A DNA stretch of 58,940 bases from the NCBI GenBank assembly GCA_964348115.1, contig CAYGBY010000001.1:1-58940 (forward strand), in the 5' to 3' direction. This DNA comes from an uncultured Pseudomonadales bacterium (GTDB taxonomy: Bacteria; Pseudomonadota; Gammaproteobacteria; Pseudomonadales; Azotimanducaceae). Position 1 is the stretch's first letter. Each line of letters starts with the position of its first letter. Under the pieces are notes generated by a model. That model worked only from the letters and a program-made list of their open reading frames with translations. It did no database searches and was not told the origin of the DNA. The translations under genes were made by a program, and so were the position numbers. Positions 45,984-54,497 of this stretch are shown here, one piece after another.

Positions 45984-46132
45984 TTGGCTCCCCCTTGGAT
46001 GGCTAGGCTCCGATCATCCGTCAGACGGCGGCATTTGTAAAACCCGCCCGCGGGCGGTGCGCTGCGTCAAGAGGAAGCCTTATACTTGTGCGCCAAACCA
46101 ACCACCAATGCGCCCGTTACAGGAGGTTGCAA

Positions 46133-46600
<468 letters not shown>

Positions 46601-46616
46601 TCCGCCCCTGCTGCCG

Positions 46617-46915
46617 CAGGGCGCCCTTCGGCAGGGCCTAAAGGGCGCTTCCGGTGTTGCGGCTTATTGTGCGGCGCCCGCCGCAGGGCTTCGCCGCGCC
46701 TTGCCATCACGCCACCTAGGCTCATCTGGGCTTCCGCAGGACCATCCCAAAGTCGTCCACCAGCCCTCGGTAAAGCCCAATATAGAAGGTTTATGAGTGT
46801 TTCTCGGAAGATTCCGCAATATTCTGCGGCATCCAACGACCTTTCAGAAATTTTCTTTCAAGAGCGAACACTTTGGGATGGTCCTGGGGCTTCCGGGACT
46901 TGTTCAGAGGTTCCC
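46617..46915. mobile_element. MITE family B right portion, interrupted by a family A element
   Basis: GCGCCCTTCGGCAGGGCCTAAAGGGCGC...GGCTTCGCCGCGCCTTGCCATCACGCC...CTGGGCTTCCG [A insertion] GGGCTTCCGGGACTTGTTCAGAGGTTCCC. Confidence 0.7.
46737..46886. mobile_element. MITE family A, full copy nested in family B with a 9-bp target duplication
   Basis: TIRs CAGGACCATCCCAAAGTC and ACTTTGGGATGGTCCTG. A perfect direct repeat GGGCTTCCG abuts both ends (46728-46736 and 46887-46895). The uninterrupted B copy at 43229-43237 has that 9-mer only once. Confidence 0.8.
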
Positions 46916-46956
46916 TAGCGGGTAGGGGCGCTGCCCGGTCTATACTTCGCGGTCTT

Positions 46957-48783
46957 ATGCGGCGCCCACGGGAACTACTGCGGCAGGTCTATGGCCACGC
47001 CGAATTTCGCGGCGACCAAGAGGCCGTGATCGGTGCGGCCCTGGCCGGTCGCGACGCGCTGGTGCTGATGCCCACCGGCGGCGGCAAGTCGCTGTGCTAC
47101 CAGTTGCCGGCCTTGCTGCGGCCCGGCGTGGGACTGGTGGTGTCGCCCCTCATCGCCTTGATGCAGGACCAGGTGGCGGCGCTCCGGCAGCTGGGGGTGC
47201 GGGCCGCGTTTCTGAACTCGTCGCTCTCCTACCGGGAGCAGCAGCAGGTTATCGATGGGCTGGCCGCGGCGGCCTTCGACCTGCTCTATCTGGCCCCGGA
47301 ACGGCTGCTGATGGAGGAAACCCTGGATATGCTGGCCTGTGTGCCACTGTCCATCATCGCCATAGACGAGGCGCACTGCGTCTCCCAATGGGGGCATGAC
47401 TTCCGGCCCGAATACTTGGGGCTGGACATCCTGAAGGAGCGCTTCCCAGGTGTGCCCCGCTTGGCGCTCACCGCCACGGCGGACGCCGCGACCCGCAGGG
47501 AAATCCTCTCGCGGCTGGCTCTGCAGGGCGCCGACCAGTTCATCAGCGGCTTCGACCGCCACAACATTCGCTACAGCGTGCAGGTGAAAACGGACGCCGG
47601 CGGCCAACTGCTGCGCTTTCTGCAGGACCGCCCCGGCGAGGCCGGCATCGTCTACGCCATGACCCGCCGCAAGGTGGACCAAACCGCGGAACTGCTGTGC
47701 CGCAACGGCTTCAGGGCGCTGCCCTACCACGCCGGCTTGCCAAGCGCCGTGCGCAGCGAACACCAAGCACGCTTCCTGCGCCAGGACGGCGTGATCATCG
47801 TGGCCACCATCGCCTTCGGCATGGGCATAGACAAGCCTGACGTGCGTTTCGTGGCGCATATTGACCTGCCCAAGAGCGTGGAGGCCTACTATCAGGAAAC
47901 CGGCCGCGCCGGTCGCGATGGAGAGCCGGCCGAGGCCTGGATGATCTACGGCCTGCAGGACGTTGTGCGCCTGGCGCAGATGGTGGACCAATCCGAGGCG
48001 GAGGACGGGCACAAGCGCAGTGAGCGCGGCAAGCTGGACGCCCTGTTGGGCTGGTGCGAGGTCACCACCTGCCGCCGCCGCGCCCTGCTGCGGTATTTCG
48101 GCGAAGAACGGGCGGAGGACTGCGGAAACTGCGACATCTGCCTAACTCCGCCCAAAACCTGGGACGCCACGGAGGCCGCGCAGAAGCTGCTTTCGTGCAT
48201 CTACCGCACCGGGCAGTTCTTCGGCGCCGGCCACGTCATCGACGTGCTGCGCGGCAAGGACACGGCCAAGGTCCGCCAACACCGCCACGCCAAGCTGTCC
48301 ACCTTCGGCATAGGCGAAGACCGCTCCGAGGCGCAGTGGCGCTCAATCGTGCGCCAGCTAATGGTGCAGGGCTATCTGCGGGCGGAGGCGCAGCGCTACG
48401 GCGCCCTGTCCCTTACGCCCAAGGCCCGCCCCCTGCTGCGCGGCGATGAGCGCATTTGGCTGCGGGAGGACAGATCCGCCAAACGCCAGCGGCCTAAGGC
48501 GGCGCCGAAGCCGGCATTCACGGTGCCGGCTGCGGACCAAGGCCTATGGGAGGCCTTGCGGGAACTGCGCATCAACTTGGCCCAGGAAGCCGGCGTGCCG
48601 CCCTACGTCATCTTCCACGACGCCACGCTGAAGGAAATGGTGCGCCAGCGGCCCGCCACCAGGGAGGAACTGCTGCGCCTGCCGGGCATCGGGCAGACTA
48701 AGCTGGAGCGCTATGGAGATCAGTTTCTTGCGGTGCTGCGCAGTGATGGCGCGGCGCTGGCCTCCGCACCGACGATTGACTGA
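46957..48783 (+). CDS. recQ: ATP-dependent DNA helicase RecQ
   Basis: Start at MRRPRELLRQVYGHAEFRGDQ. Helicase motifs MPTGGGKSLCYQ, DEAHCVSQWGHDFRP and TIAFGMGIDKPDVRFV. RQC Zn-finger CRRRALLRYFGE...CGNCDIC. HRDC at the C-terminus. Confidence 0.95.
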   Translation: MRRPRELLRQVYGHAEFRGDQEAVIGAALAGRDALVLMPTGGGKSLCYQLPALLRPGVGLVVSPLIALMQDQVAALRQLGVRAAFLNSSLSYREQQQVIDGLAAAAFDLLYLAPERLLMEETLDMLACVPLSIIAIDEAHCVSQWGHDFRPEYLGLDILKERFPGVPRLALTATADAATRREILSRLALQGADQFISGFDRHNIRYSVQVKTDAGGQLLRFLQDRPGEAGIVYAMTRRKVDQTAELLCRNGFRALPYHAGLPSAVRSEHQARFLRQDGVIIVATIAFGMGIDKPDVRFVAHIDLPKSVEAYYQETGRAGRDGEPAEAWMIYGLQDVVRLAQMVDQSEAEDGHKRSERGKLDALLGWCEVTTCRRRALLRYFGEERAEDCGNCDICLTPPKTWDATEAAQKLLSCIYRTGQFFGAGHVIDVLRGKDTAKVRQHRHAKLSTFGIGEDRSEAQWRSIVRQLMVQGYLRAEAQRYGALSLTPKARPLLRGDERIWLREDRSAKRQRPKAAPKPAFTVPAADQGLWEALRELRINLAQEAGVPPYVIFHDATLKEMVRQRPATREELLRLPGIGQTKLERYGDQFLAVLRSDGAALASAPTID

Positions 48784-48849
48784 AACGGACCTTCGCCAAC
48801 ATCCCCTTCACGGGCGCCATGACCAAGCGCCACAGCGAATGGACGCTGC

Positions 48850-49233
48850 CTAACGGGCGTCCAGCGCGCCTTCGACAATGTCGAGCAGTTCACTGGTTAC
48901 GTCCGGCTGAAGGGTGGCTGCGCGGGAGAATAGTTCGCCAAGTCCCTTGGCCGAAGATCCTTTGCCCAGCGTCTTCTCCACCAAGGCTGCAATGCGTTTC
49001 CCCTGACGCCGTTGGGCGGCAATGCGCTCCCGGCGACGGCGTTCAACGATTGCGGTAATTCCCGCCAGCCAGACCTGCGCCTCCAGCGCCCGCCTTTGTT
49101 CGACCAACTCCCGGGACCGGCGCAGCACACTTTCCACGAGCCTCGCCAGCGCCCGGTCCTCAGCCAGCACCGCCTTCACCTCGATTGTGGCGAGCCTGGA
49201 GTGCAGTCTGGCAATTAAAGTGCTATCAGCCAC
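48850..49233 (-). CDS. hypothetical Arg-rich helical protein (operon gene G, last gene)
   Basis: The candidate GTG at 49233 shares 1 nt with the TAG of gene F (TAGTG). The alternative ATG at 49266 would overlap F by 34 nt. No family recognised. Confidence 0.45.
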   Translation of the reverse strand: MADSTLIARLHSRLATIEVKAVLAEDRALARLVESVLRRSRELVEQRRALEAQVWLAGITAIVERRRRERIAAQRRQGKRIAALVEKTLGKGSSAKGLGELFSRAATLQPDVTSELLDIVEGALDAR

Positions 49234-50561
49234 TACTTTTCGAGTTGATTGAGCAAACGATCCCACAATTGCCCGGAGCGTTCCCCAGCTTCGTCATGGG
49301 CCCTTTGCTGGCGTTCCAGCATTTTGTCCAAATGATCGCGCTCAGCCCGTTTCTGCTCCTGCTGCCGCTGGGTCTCCGTTTCGACGAGTTCACGCAGGGT
49401 GGCGACGGCCTTGCCGAGGTCGGCGTTGTGCTTGTTGCGGGTGTCCTCAAGCAGCGCGAAGGTCTCCTTCATCTGGGCCAACTCCGCGTCAGCCGTCTGC
49501 GTCCTGGACTGGGAGGCTTGCTCTTGGAACGCCCGCTCCTGGGCGACGATGGATTCGAGCCTCCCTTCAAAGGACGAAACCGTGCTCCGCCACTCGGCCA
49601 GCGCGGCCTGGCGCAGTTCGGACTCGCCCTCATGCCATTTGGCGAAATGCTTCTCGACGATCGTCTTCGTCATTTCCGCCAGCTGCCCGCGCTCAGCCCG
49701 TTTCTGCTCCTGCTGCCGCTGGGTTTCCGTTGCAACGAGTTCGCGCAGGGTGGCGACGGCCTTTCCGAGGTCGGCGTTGTGCCTGTTGCGGGTGTCCTCG
49801 ACCAGCGCGAAGGTCTCCTTCACCCCGGCCAGCTCCGCGTCAACCGCCTCCGTCCTGGACTTGGAGGCCTGCTCCTGAAACGCCCGCTCCTGGGCGACGA
49901 TGGACTCGAGCCTCCCTTCAAAGGACGCAACCGTGCTCCGCCACTCGGCCAGCACGGCCTGGCGCAGCTCGGACTCGCTCTCATGCCATTTGGCGAAATG
50001 CTTCTCGACGATCGTCTTGGTCATTTCCGCCAGCTGCCCGCGCTCAGCCTGTTTCTGCTCCTGCTGCCGCTGGGTTTCAGTTTCGACGAGTTCACGCAGG
50101 GTGGCGACGGCCTTGCCGAGGTCGGCGTTGTGCTTGTTGCGGGTGTCCTCAAGCAGCGCGAAGGTCTCCTTCATCTGGGCCAGCTCCGCATTGACCACTT
50201 GCGTGCTCATCGTGCGCAATTCGGCCAGCGTCTTTGCCCGCCACTCCTGTTCCCGCTGTTCGTACGCAGCAAAGAAACGTTCAAGCCGCTCCGCGAGCTT
50301 CTTGTCAGCTTCGCCCAAATTCGCGCCTGCTTCTTCGCTGGCTTGCGCCAATGCCCTGGCAGTTGTTTCAGCTCCTGCATCGACCCGCTCCCGTACGCTC
50401 ACTAGCAGCTGATGCAGTGCCTGACCAGACCTTGCTGCAACTATCCCTGCGGCTACGGCGATTCCCATCACCACAGCCCAGATGGCAAGAGGGGGATTTA
50501 TGATGGCTAAAGCCGCCGCGGCAACCAGCGGAACCACAGCCCCGAACTCCCAATGCTTCAT
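49233..50561 (-). CDS. membrane-anchored coiled-coil protein made of 117-aa tandem repeats (operon gene F)
   Basis: 442-aa ORF. The N-terminus has two hydrophobic helices (AVVPLVAAAALAIINPPLAIWAVVMGIAVAAGIVAA), followed by 2.4 near-identical 117-aa helical repeats. Its ATG overlaps the TGA of gene E (ATGA). Confidence 0.65.
   Translation of the reverse strand: MKHWEFGAVVPLVAAAALAIINPPLAIWAVVMGIAVAAGIVAARSGQALHQLLVSVRERVDAGAETTARALAQASEEAGANLGEADKKLAERLERFFAAYEQREQEWRAKTLAELRTMSTQVVNAELAQMKETFALLEDTRNKHNADLGKAVATLRELVETETQRQQEQKQAERGQLAEMTKTIVEKHFAKWHESESELRQAVLAEWRSTVASFEGRLESIVAQERAFQEQASKSRTEAVDAELAGVKETFALVEDTRNRHNADLGKAVATLRELVATETQRQQEQKRAERGQLAEMTKTIVEKHFAKWHEGESELRQAALAEWRSTVSSFEGRLESIVAQERAFQEQASQSRTQTADAELAQMKETFALLEDTRNKHNADLGKAVATLRELVETETQRQQEQKRAERDHLDKMLERQQRAHDEAGERSGQLWDRLLNQLEK
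49338..50189. repeat. 351-bp near-identical tandem repeat, ~2.4 copies, in-frame within gene F
   Basis: Repeat units start at protein positions 125, 242 and 359 (AELAQMKETFALLEDTRNKHNADLGKAVATLRELVETETQRQQEQK...). Only a handful of substitutions separate the units. Confidence 0.85.
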
Positions 50562-51226
50562 GTGCCTGTCTCCTCTTCCGTCGGCGCCTGCAGCGTCTCG
50601 TCAATGCGCTGCAGCTGTATAATTAAGGCGTGAATACGCTCCATTTCATTTCTCCATTGGCTCCAAAGTTCTCCGTACAGCTTCCAGAGGTTGGGACGAA
50701 ACACGTCATAAAGCACGATTCCGCCATCCAATTTATCCAGCCAGTCATCGTATTTGTTGCGTTTTTCCGCAAGACGCGCTTCAAGCGCTTTAAGGAAATG
50801 CGTCAGTTCGCGGACAAATTCGTTGCGAAGCCGTTCAGTATAGGCTTCCGTGACCACCCCCTTAACCGCGCATTGCAATAGGTTGAACCGTTTCAGCGGC
50901 TCGGCGGAGGCCACGGCGTCAACCATTGATCGAGTCGCTGCCCGGAAGAGCCGATCTACTTTGGGCTTGTCCAGCAAGGCATTCGCCGGCGGCAGCTTTT
51001 TGCTGTTTCCTTCCTTGAGCGCCTCCCTCAGAATGCCTAGGATCTCGTACACCAATTCCAGGATTTCATCTTGAGCCTCCAATGGCAGCCGCCCCGTCTC
51101 CGCAGCGTCGTCCATCTCCAGGGGCGTAACGGCTGGGAAGCGCTGGCTTTTTGCGAAGGCGTCGCGCCCTTCAAAGCCGGTTAGAAGCCCGATGAATTCG
51201 GACGAATTTCTTGCCCAGATGGTCAT
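50558..51226 (-). CDS. hypothetical helical protein (operon gene E)
   Basis: The ATG at 51226 (MTIWARNSSEF) shares 1 nt with the TAA of gene D (TAATG). 222 aa. No family recognised. Confidence 0.5.
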   Translation of the reverse strand: MTIWARNSSEFIGLLTGFEGRDAFAKSQRFPAVTPLEMDDAAETGRLPLEAQDEILELVYEILGILREALKEGNSKKLPPANALLDKPKVDRLFRAATRSMVDAVASAEPLKRFNLLQCAVKGVVTEAYTERLRNEFVRELTHFLKALEARLAEKRNKYDDWLDKLDGGIVLYDVFRPNLWKLYGELWSQWRNEMERIHALIIQLQRIDETLQAPTEEETGT

Positions 51227-52158
51227 TACGGCCCCACCACCACCCAAGGCCGGTTGCTGTTCTCCTCGAATCTCTCCAGCGCCCGGCCAACTTTTGGCAG
51301 AACTTTTGAGCGCGCCCCTTCATCCTTACTTTCCCCACGCACGAAGGATGCCGCTTTGAAGAGCCCTACGCGAACTGGCGTGTCCTGCCAGAAGTCGGAA
51401 AGCCAACGAATGACCTCTCGACGCCCTATTTGCGCCCTATTGGCGCACCAAACGACCCGGCGGACTTGATGCTTTTGCGGCAATCCCAATTCGGCCGCTT
51501 CTTGGGCCGATTGGGGAAGCGCTTCCAGCTGCGGCCATAGGACGATCCAACGGTTGTGGGGCAGCAGAGGGTTCGGGACCTTAACCGCCACGGTCTGGAA
51601 GTTTTGCTCGACTGGGGCCACCAAAATTTTTGCCGCCGCGTCGGGCCGTAGGGATTTGGCGGAAACAGCGCAGGGCCAACCCTCTTCAAGATTGACCTGA
51701 ACGCTGTGATATTGCGCGCCCTGGGCATCGGGCGATGCGTGGCCGAAAATTAGCAGCGGGCGCTTGGTCGGAAAGACATCCCGGCTAAGGCCAAGCGATA
51801 GAAGGGCATGCTCCAGATCTGGGCGAGACTGGGACAACCAAAGATCGGCCGCCTCCGCAGAGATTCCGATGACATTCCGGTCGTCGTCTGCTGACCCCGC
51901 CTCGCCGTCGTATTCAGTTTCAAACCCCGCCAGCGGATCGTCATCCGACGCCTGGAACGCCCCACTCTCGGCTGTTCCGGCGGCATTTCCACGCTCGTCC
52001 GCTGACCCCGCGGCGGGGTAATCAGTTCCAAATCCAGCCAGCGGGTCATCATCCGGCGCCTGGGGCGCCTCACTTGCTTCGGAAAAGGCCCCTAATTCCT
52101 GCCCCAACTTCTGATGCCTTTTGAGAACTCGTTCCCAAAGGACGGCGCCTTGACTCAC
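51226..52158 (-). CDS. hypothetical protein with duplicated acidic DDDPLAGF motif (operon gene D)
   Basis: The GTG at 52158 overlaps the TGA of the third dynamin-like gene (GTGA). The N-terminal disordered acidic region carries two ~31-42-aa repeats, followed by a ~200-aa C-terminal globular-looking region. No family recognised. Confidence 0.5.
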   Translation of the reverse strand: MSQGAVLWERVLKRHQKLGQELGAFSEASEAPQAPDDDPLAGFGTDYPAAGSADERGNAAGTAESGAFQASDDDPLAGFETEYDGEAGSADDDRNVIGISAEAADLWLSQSRPDLEHALLSLGLSRDVFPTKRPLLIFGHASPDAQGAQYHSVQVNLEEGWPCAVSAKSLRPDAAAKILVAPVEQNFQTVAVKVPNPLLPHNRWIVLWPQLEALPQSAQEAAELGLPQKHQVRRVVWCANRAQIGRREVIRWLSDFWQDTPVRVGLFKAASFVRGESKDEGARSKVLPKVGRALERFEENSNRPWVVVGP

Positions 52159-54497
52159 AACGCCTCCAAGGATGACATTGCGGACTGAAGGGCCGAACAC
52201 ATCTTCTGATTGCTTTCCAGGGCCTCTTTGACAGCTGCTTCCCCCTGCGTCTGTTTTGCCTGCGCTTCCTGCAGCGCGGCCTGAACCTCGGCCTTAATGG
52301 CGTTTACGCGCTCCCGCAGGTGATTCTCAAGTGCTTCATGGGCGGAGTCAAAGCCTGCGCTCACCGCCCGGCGAATATCCGCGAAAAGCGAATCTCCATC
52401 GCGGGAGAGAAATTGACGGCTCAGTTGCGCCATGAGCGCCAACTTGGCCTTGGATGCTTCTTCGTCCCGCTGCAAATTGCGCCGATCCTCCTCCAACGCC
52501 TTTCTCTCCCGTTCCAGGCGCAGGGTCTGCTCTTCCACCCTCTCCAATTCCGTGCGTTTTTCCCGCAGGAGCTGCTCATAATGCCCCTGCCTCAGCCTAA
52601 TTTTCTCCCGCTCATATCCAAGCCTGTGCATCTCATCGTCCAATGGTTTCTTGAGCTTGAGAAACTCCTGACGAACCTCCTCGTTTTCGATTTCGACTAC
52701 TTTATCTGGGTGGAAATAGCCGCCTATAGCTCCCCCTAGGCGCCCTCCCCAGGTTTCAAGGGAAAAGTTTTCGCCAAACTGCTCCATCCCATCCTTTATA
52801 TGGGTCGGGCCCTTCCGGTCGCGCAGCCGATTATTGCGATCGATGATACGGCGATTGTGGTTTTCTATCCCTCTAATGATTTGCGCACCCCGGGGCAGTG
52901 TTTTTAGAAACTTGCCGAATTTCCCGCCGATGGGAATGGGCGCTAAGGTCAAAACCATATCGGCTATCCCTCCTAGCATTCGCCCAGCCTGCTGAAATTC
53001 CTCCTTTCCTTGATCGAGGGAAACCCTATCCATCTGCGGCACATATGTGAGCTTATCGCGCTCCGCCTGCGTAGCGGCTAGCGCCTGTTGAATGCCTTCC
53101 AACTCCTCGGCCGGCGCATGTTTGCGCAATGCCTCAATTTGGCGCAGCAGCTCCTCTCGGGAATGATGCACATCCTCGATATGCGGCAAGTCCTCGTCAG
53201 AGTGGCTGGCAACCCCTCCCTGCGGAAGCTCCTGCAGCCAATCGGTTGAGACCCCCTTTTGCTCAAGGTGTTGGGATGCGACAGTCTGGGCGATTTCGAC
53301 ACCGGCTTGATCGAGTTGCCTTAGGCGATCTTCAGCTGCGGCAACACAGGCTTCCCGCCATTGCAGGACATAGCTGCGAACGGAACTATTGGCGAATCGC
53401 TGCACTTCGTCGCGGATTTGCAATGTGGCGATCTTTTCGGAAATGGCTTGCAGGGTCTCCTGGCCGATCTCGCGCATGTGATTGAATGCTTCAAAACGCA
53501 ATCGCCTACAGCGGTCCTTCAACGTACTGGCGGCATCCCTGATGCCGGCCTCTTGATCGGCCCCTTCCTCTACGATGTCGCGCTCCACGCCCTTGCCTTG
53601 GTCTCTTATGGTCAAGGCATCGGCCTTAAGAGCCGATTGCTTAAGGCGTAGAGCGGACAGTTCGCGCCCAAGTTTTTCCGTTACGCGGCCGCCAAGATGA
53701 TGGGCTATCAATTGCTCGCGGCGTGTCCCGGTCACTTCCGATAAAACCTGCCGAATAGCCGCAATGCCCGTCTCCGCAGTGCTTGAGGTCGGCAATATCG
53801 CCAAGGGCGAGACACCGCGCTCCGCGAGGCGATGGCGGAAGTCAGCGACCACCCGATCCACCGAATCCAGGGGGAGCTGATCAGCCTTTGTCAACGCGAT
53901 CACCACGCTGGCCGAGTTGTCCCCTAAGCTCTCCAAATAGTCGACGTCCGTTTTCCTGCCCGTGCTGGTCGCAGGAATGGCCAGAATCACCACAGGGGCG
54001 GTGGCCGCCGCAGCCCAAGCCCGCCCTTCCAGCTCTGGGGTGTTGGTGTTCATTCCGGGCGTATCCACTAGACTTGCGTTCCAAGTGGCCAACTGCTCGC
54101 TTCCCAGACCAACCTCAAGGCGCGAACCCGCGCGGATTGGCTCCCGCCCGCGCACCAGCGCATCCCAGCGCGCGTCGTCTTCGCTGCACTCTTCCCATTC
54201 TTCAGTGTCGCCATGCACCAGGGCGCGATAGTTGGCTGAAGCGTATTTGACCTCAACCGGGCGCGCGGTGGACTCAAGGACGTCCTGGGGAAAGGTCGCC
54301 AACCTATCCACGCCAAAGATGCGGGCGACCAAGGCGCTCTTCCCGGACCCCATTTCACCAATGACGGGAATGCTCAGGGGCGCTGCATGCGCGGCGCTGG
54401 ACTCGTCCCGCACATAAGCCGCCAACTGGCCCAATCCCGCTGCTTCCAGTATCTCCAAGATCTTCCGCCACCGCTCCTCAAAGCTGGACTCGCTCAT
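52155..54497 (-). CDS. dynamin-like GTPase (bacterial DLP), paralogue 3
   Basis: 780-aa ORF. G1 GEMGSGKS, G3 LVDTPGMN, G4 TKAD. Long charged helical stalk. Hydrophobic paddle-like segment GRMLGGIADMVLTLAPIPIGGKFGKFLK (52899-52982). Its ATG overlaps the upstream TGA (ATGA). Confidence 0.8.
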   Translation of the reverse strand: MSESSFEERWRKILEILEAAGLGQLAAYVRDESSAAHAAPLSIPVIGEMGSGKSALVARIFGVDRLATFPQDVLESTARPVEVKYASANYRALVHGDTEEWEECSEDDARWDALVRGREPIRAGSRLEVGLGSEQLATWNASLVDTPGMNTNTPELEGRAWAAAATAPVVILAIPATSTGRKTDVDYLESLGDNSASVVIALTKADQLPLDSVDRVVADFRHRLAERGVSPLAILPTSSTAETGIAAIRQVLSEVTGTRREQLIAHHLGGRVTEKLGRELSALRLKQSALKADALTIRDQGKGVERDIVEEGADQEAGIRDAASTLKDRCRRLRFEAFNHMREIGQETLQAISEKIATLQIRDEVQRFANSSVRSYVLQWREACVAAAEDRLRQLDQAGVEIAQTVASQHLEQKGVSTDWLQELPQGGVASHSDEDLPHIEDVHHSREELLRQIEALRKHAPAEELEGIQQALAATQAERDKLTYVPQMDRVSLDQGKEEFQQAGRMLGGIADMVLTLAPIPIGGKFGKFLKTLPRGAQIIRGIENHNRRIIDRNNRLRDRKGPTHIKDGMEQFGENFSLETWGGRLGGAIGGYFHPDKVVEIENEEVRQEFLKLKKPLDDEMHRLGYEREKIRLRQGHYEQLLREKRTELERVEEQTLRLERERKALEEDRRNLQRDEEASKAKLALMAQLSRQFLSRDGDSLFADIRRAVSAGFDSAHEALENHLRERVNAIKAEVQAALQEAQAKQTQGEAAVKEALESNQKMCSALQSAMSSLEAL

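Noticed and set aside
46975-48012. 345-aa ORF antisense to recQ, and similar antisense ORFs in the suf genes (for example 18431-19315 and 14919-15515).
   Set aside because: They lie opposite unambiguous conserved genes and have typical shadow-ORF composition.
49185-50405. 406-aa plus-strand ORF antisense to gene F, with Leu/Gly/Pro-rich repeats.
   Set aside because: It is a mirror image of the 351-bp repeats. The minus-strand frame gives a plausible TM plus coiled-coil protein and fits the chain of overlapping start/stop codons, whereas the plus-strand product is low-complexity.
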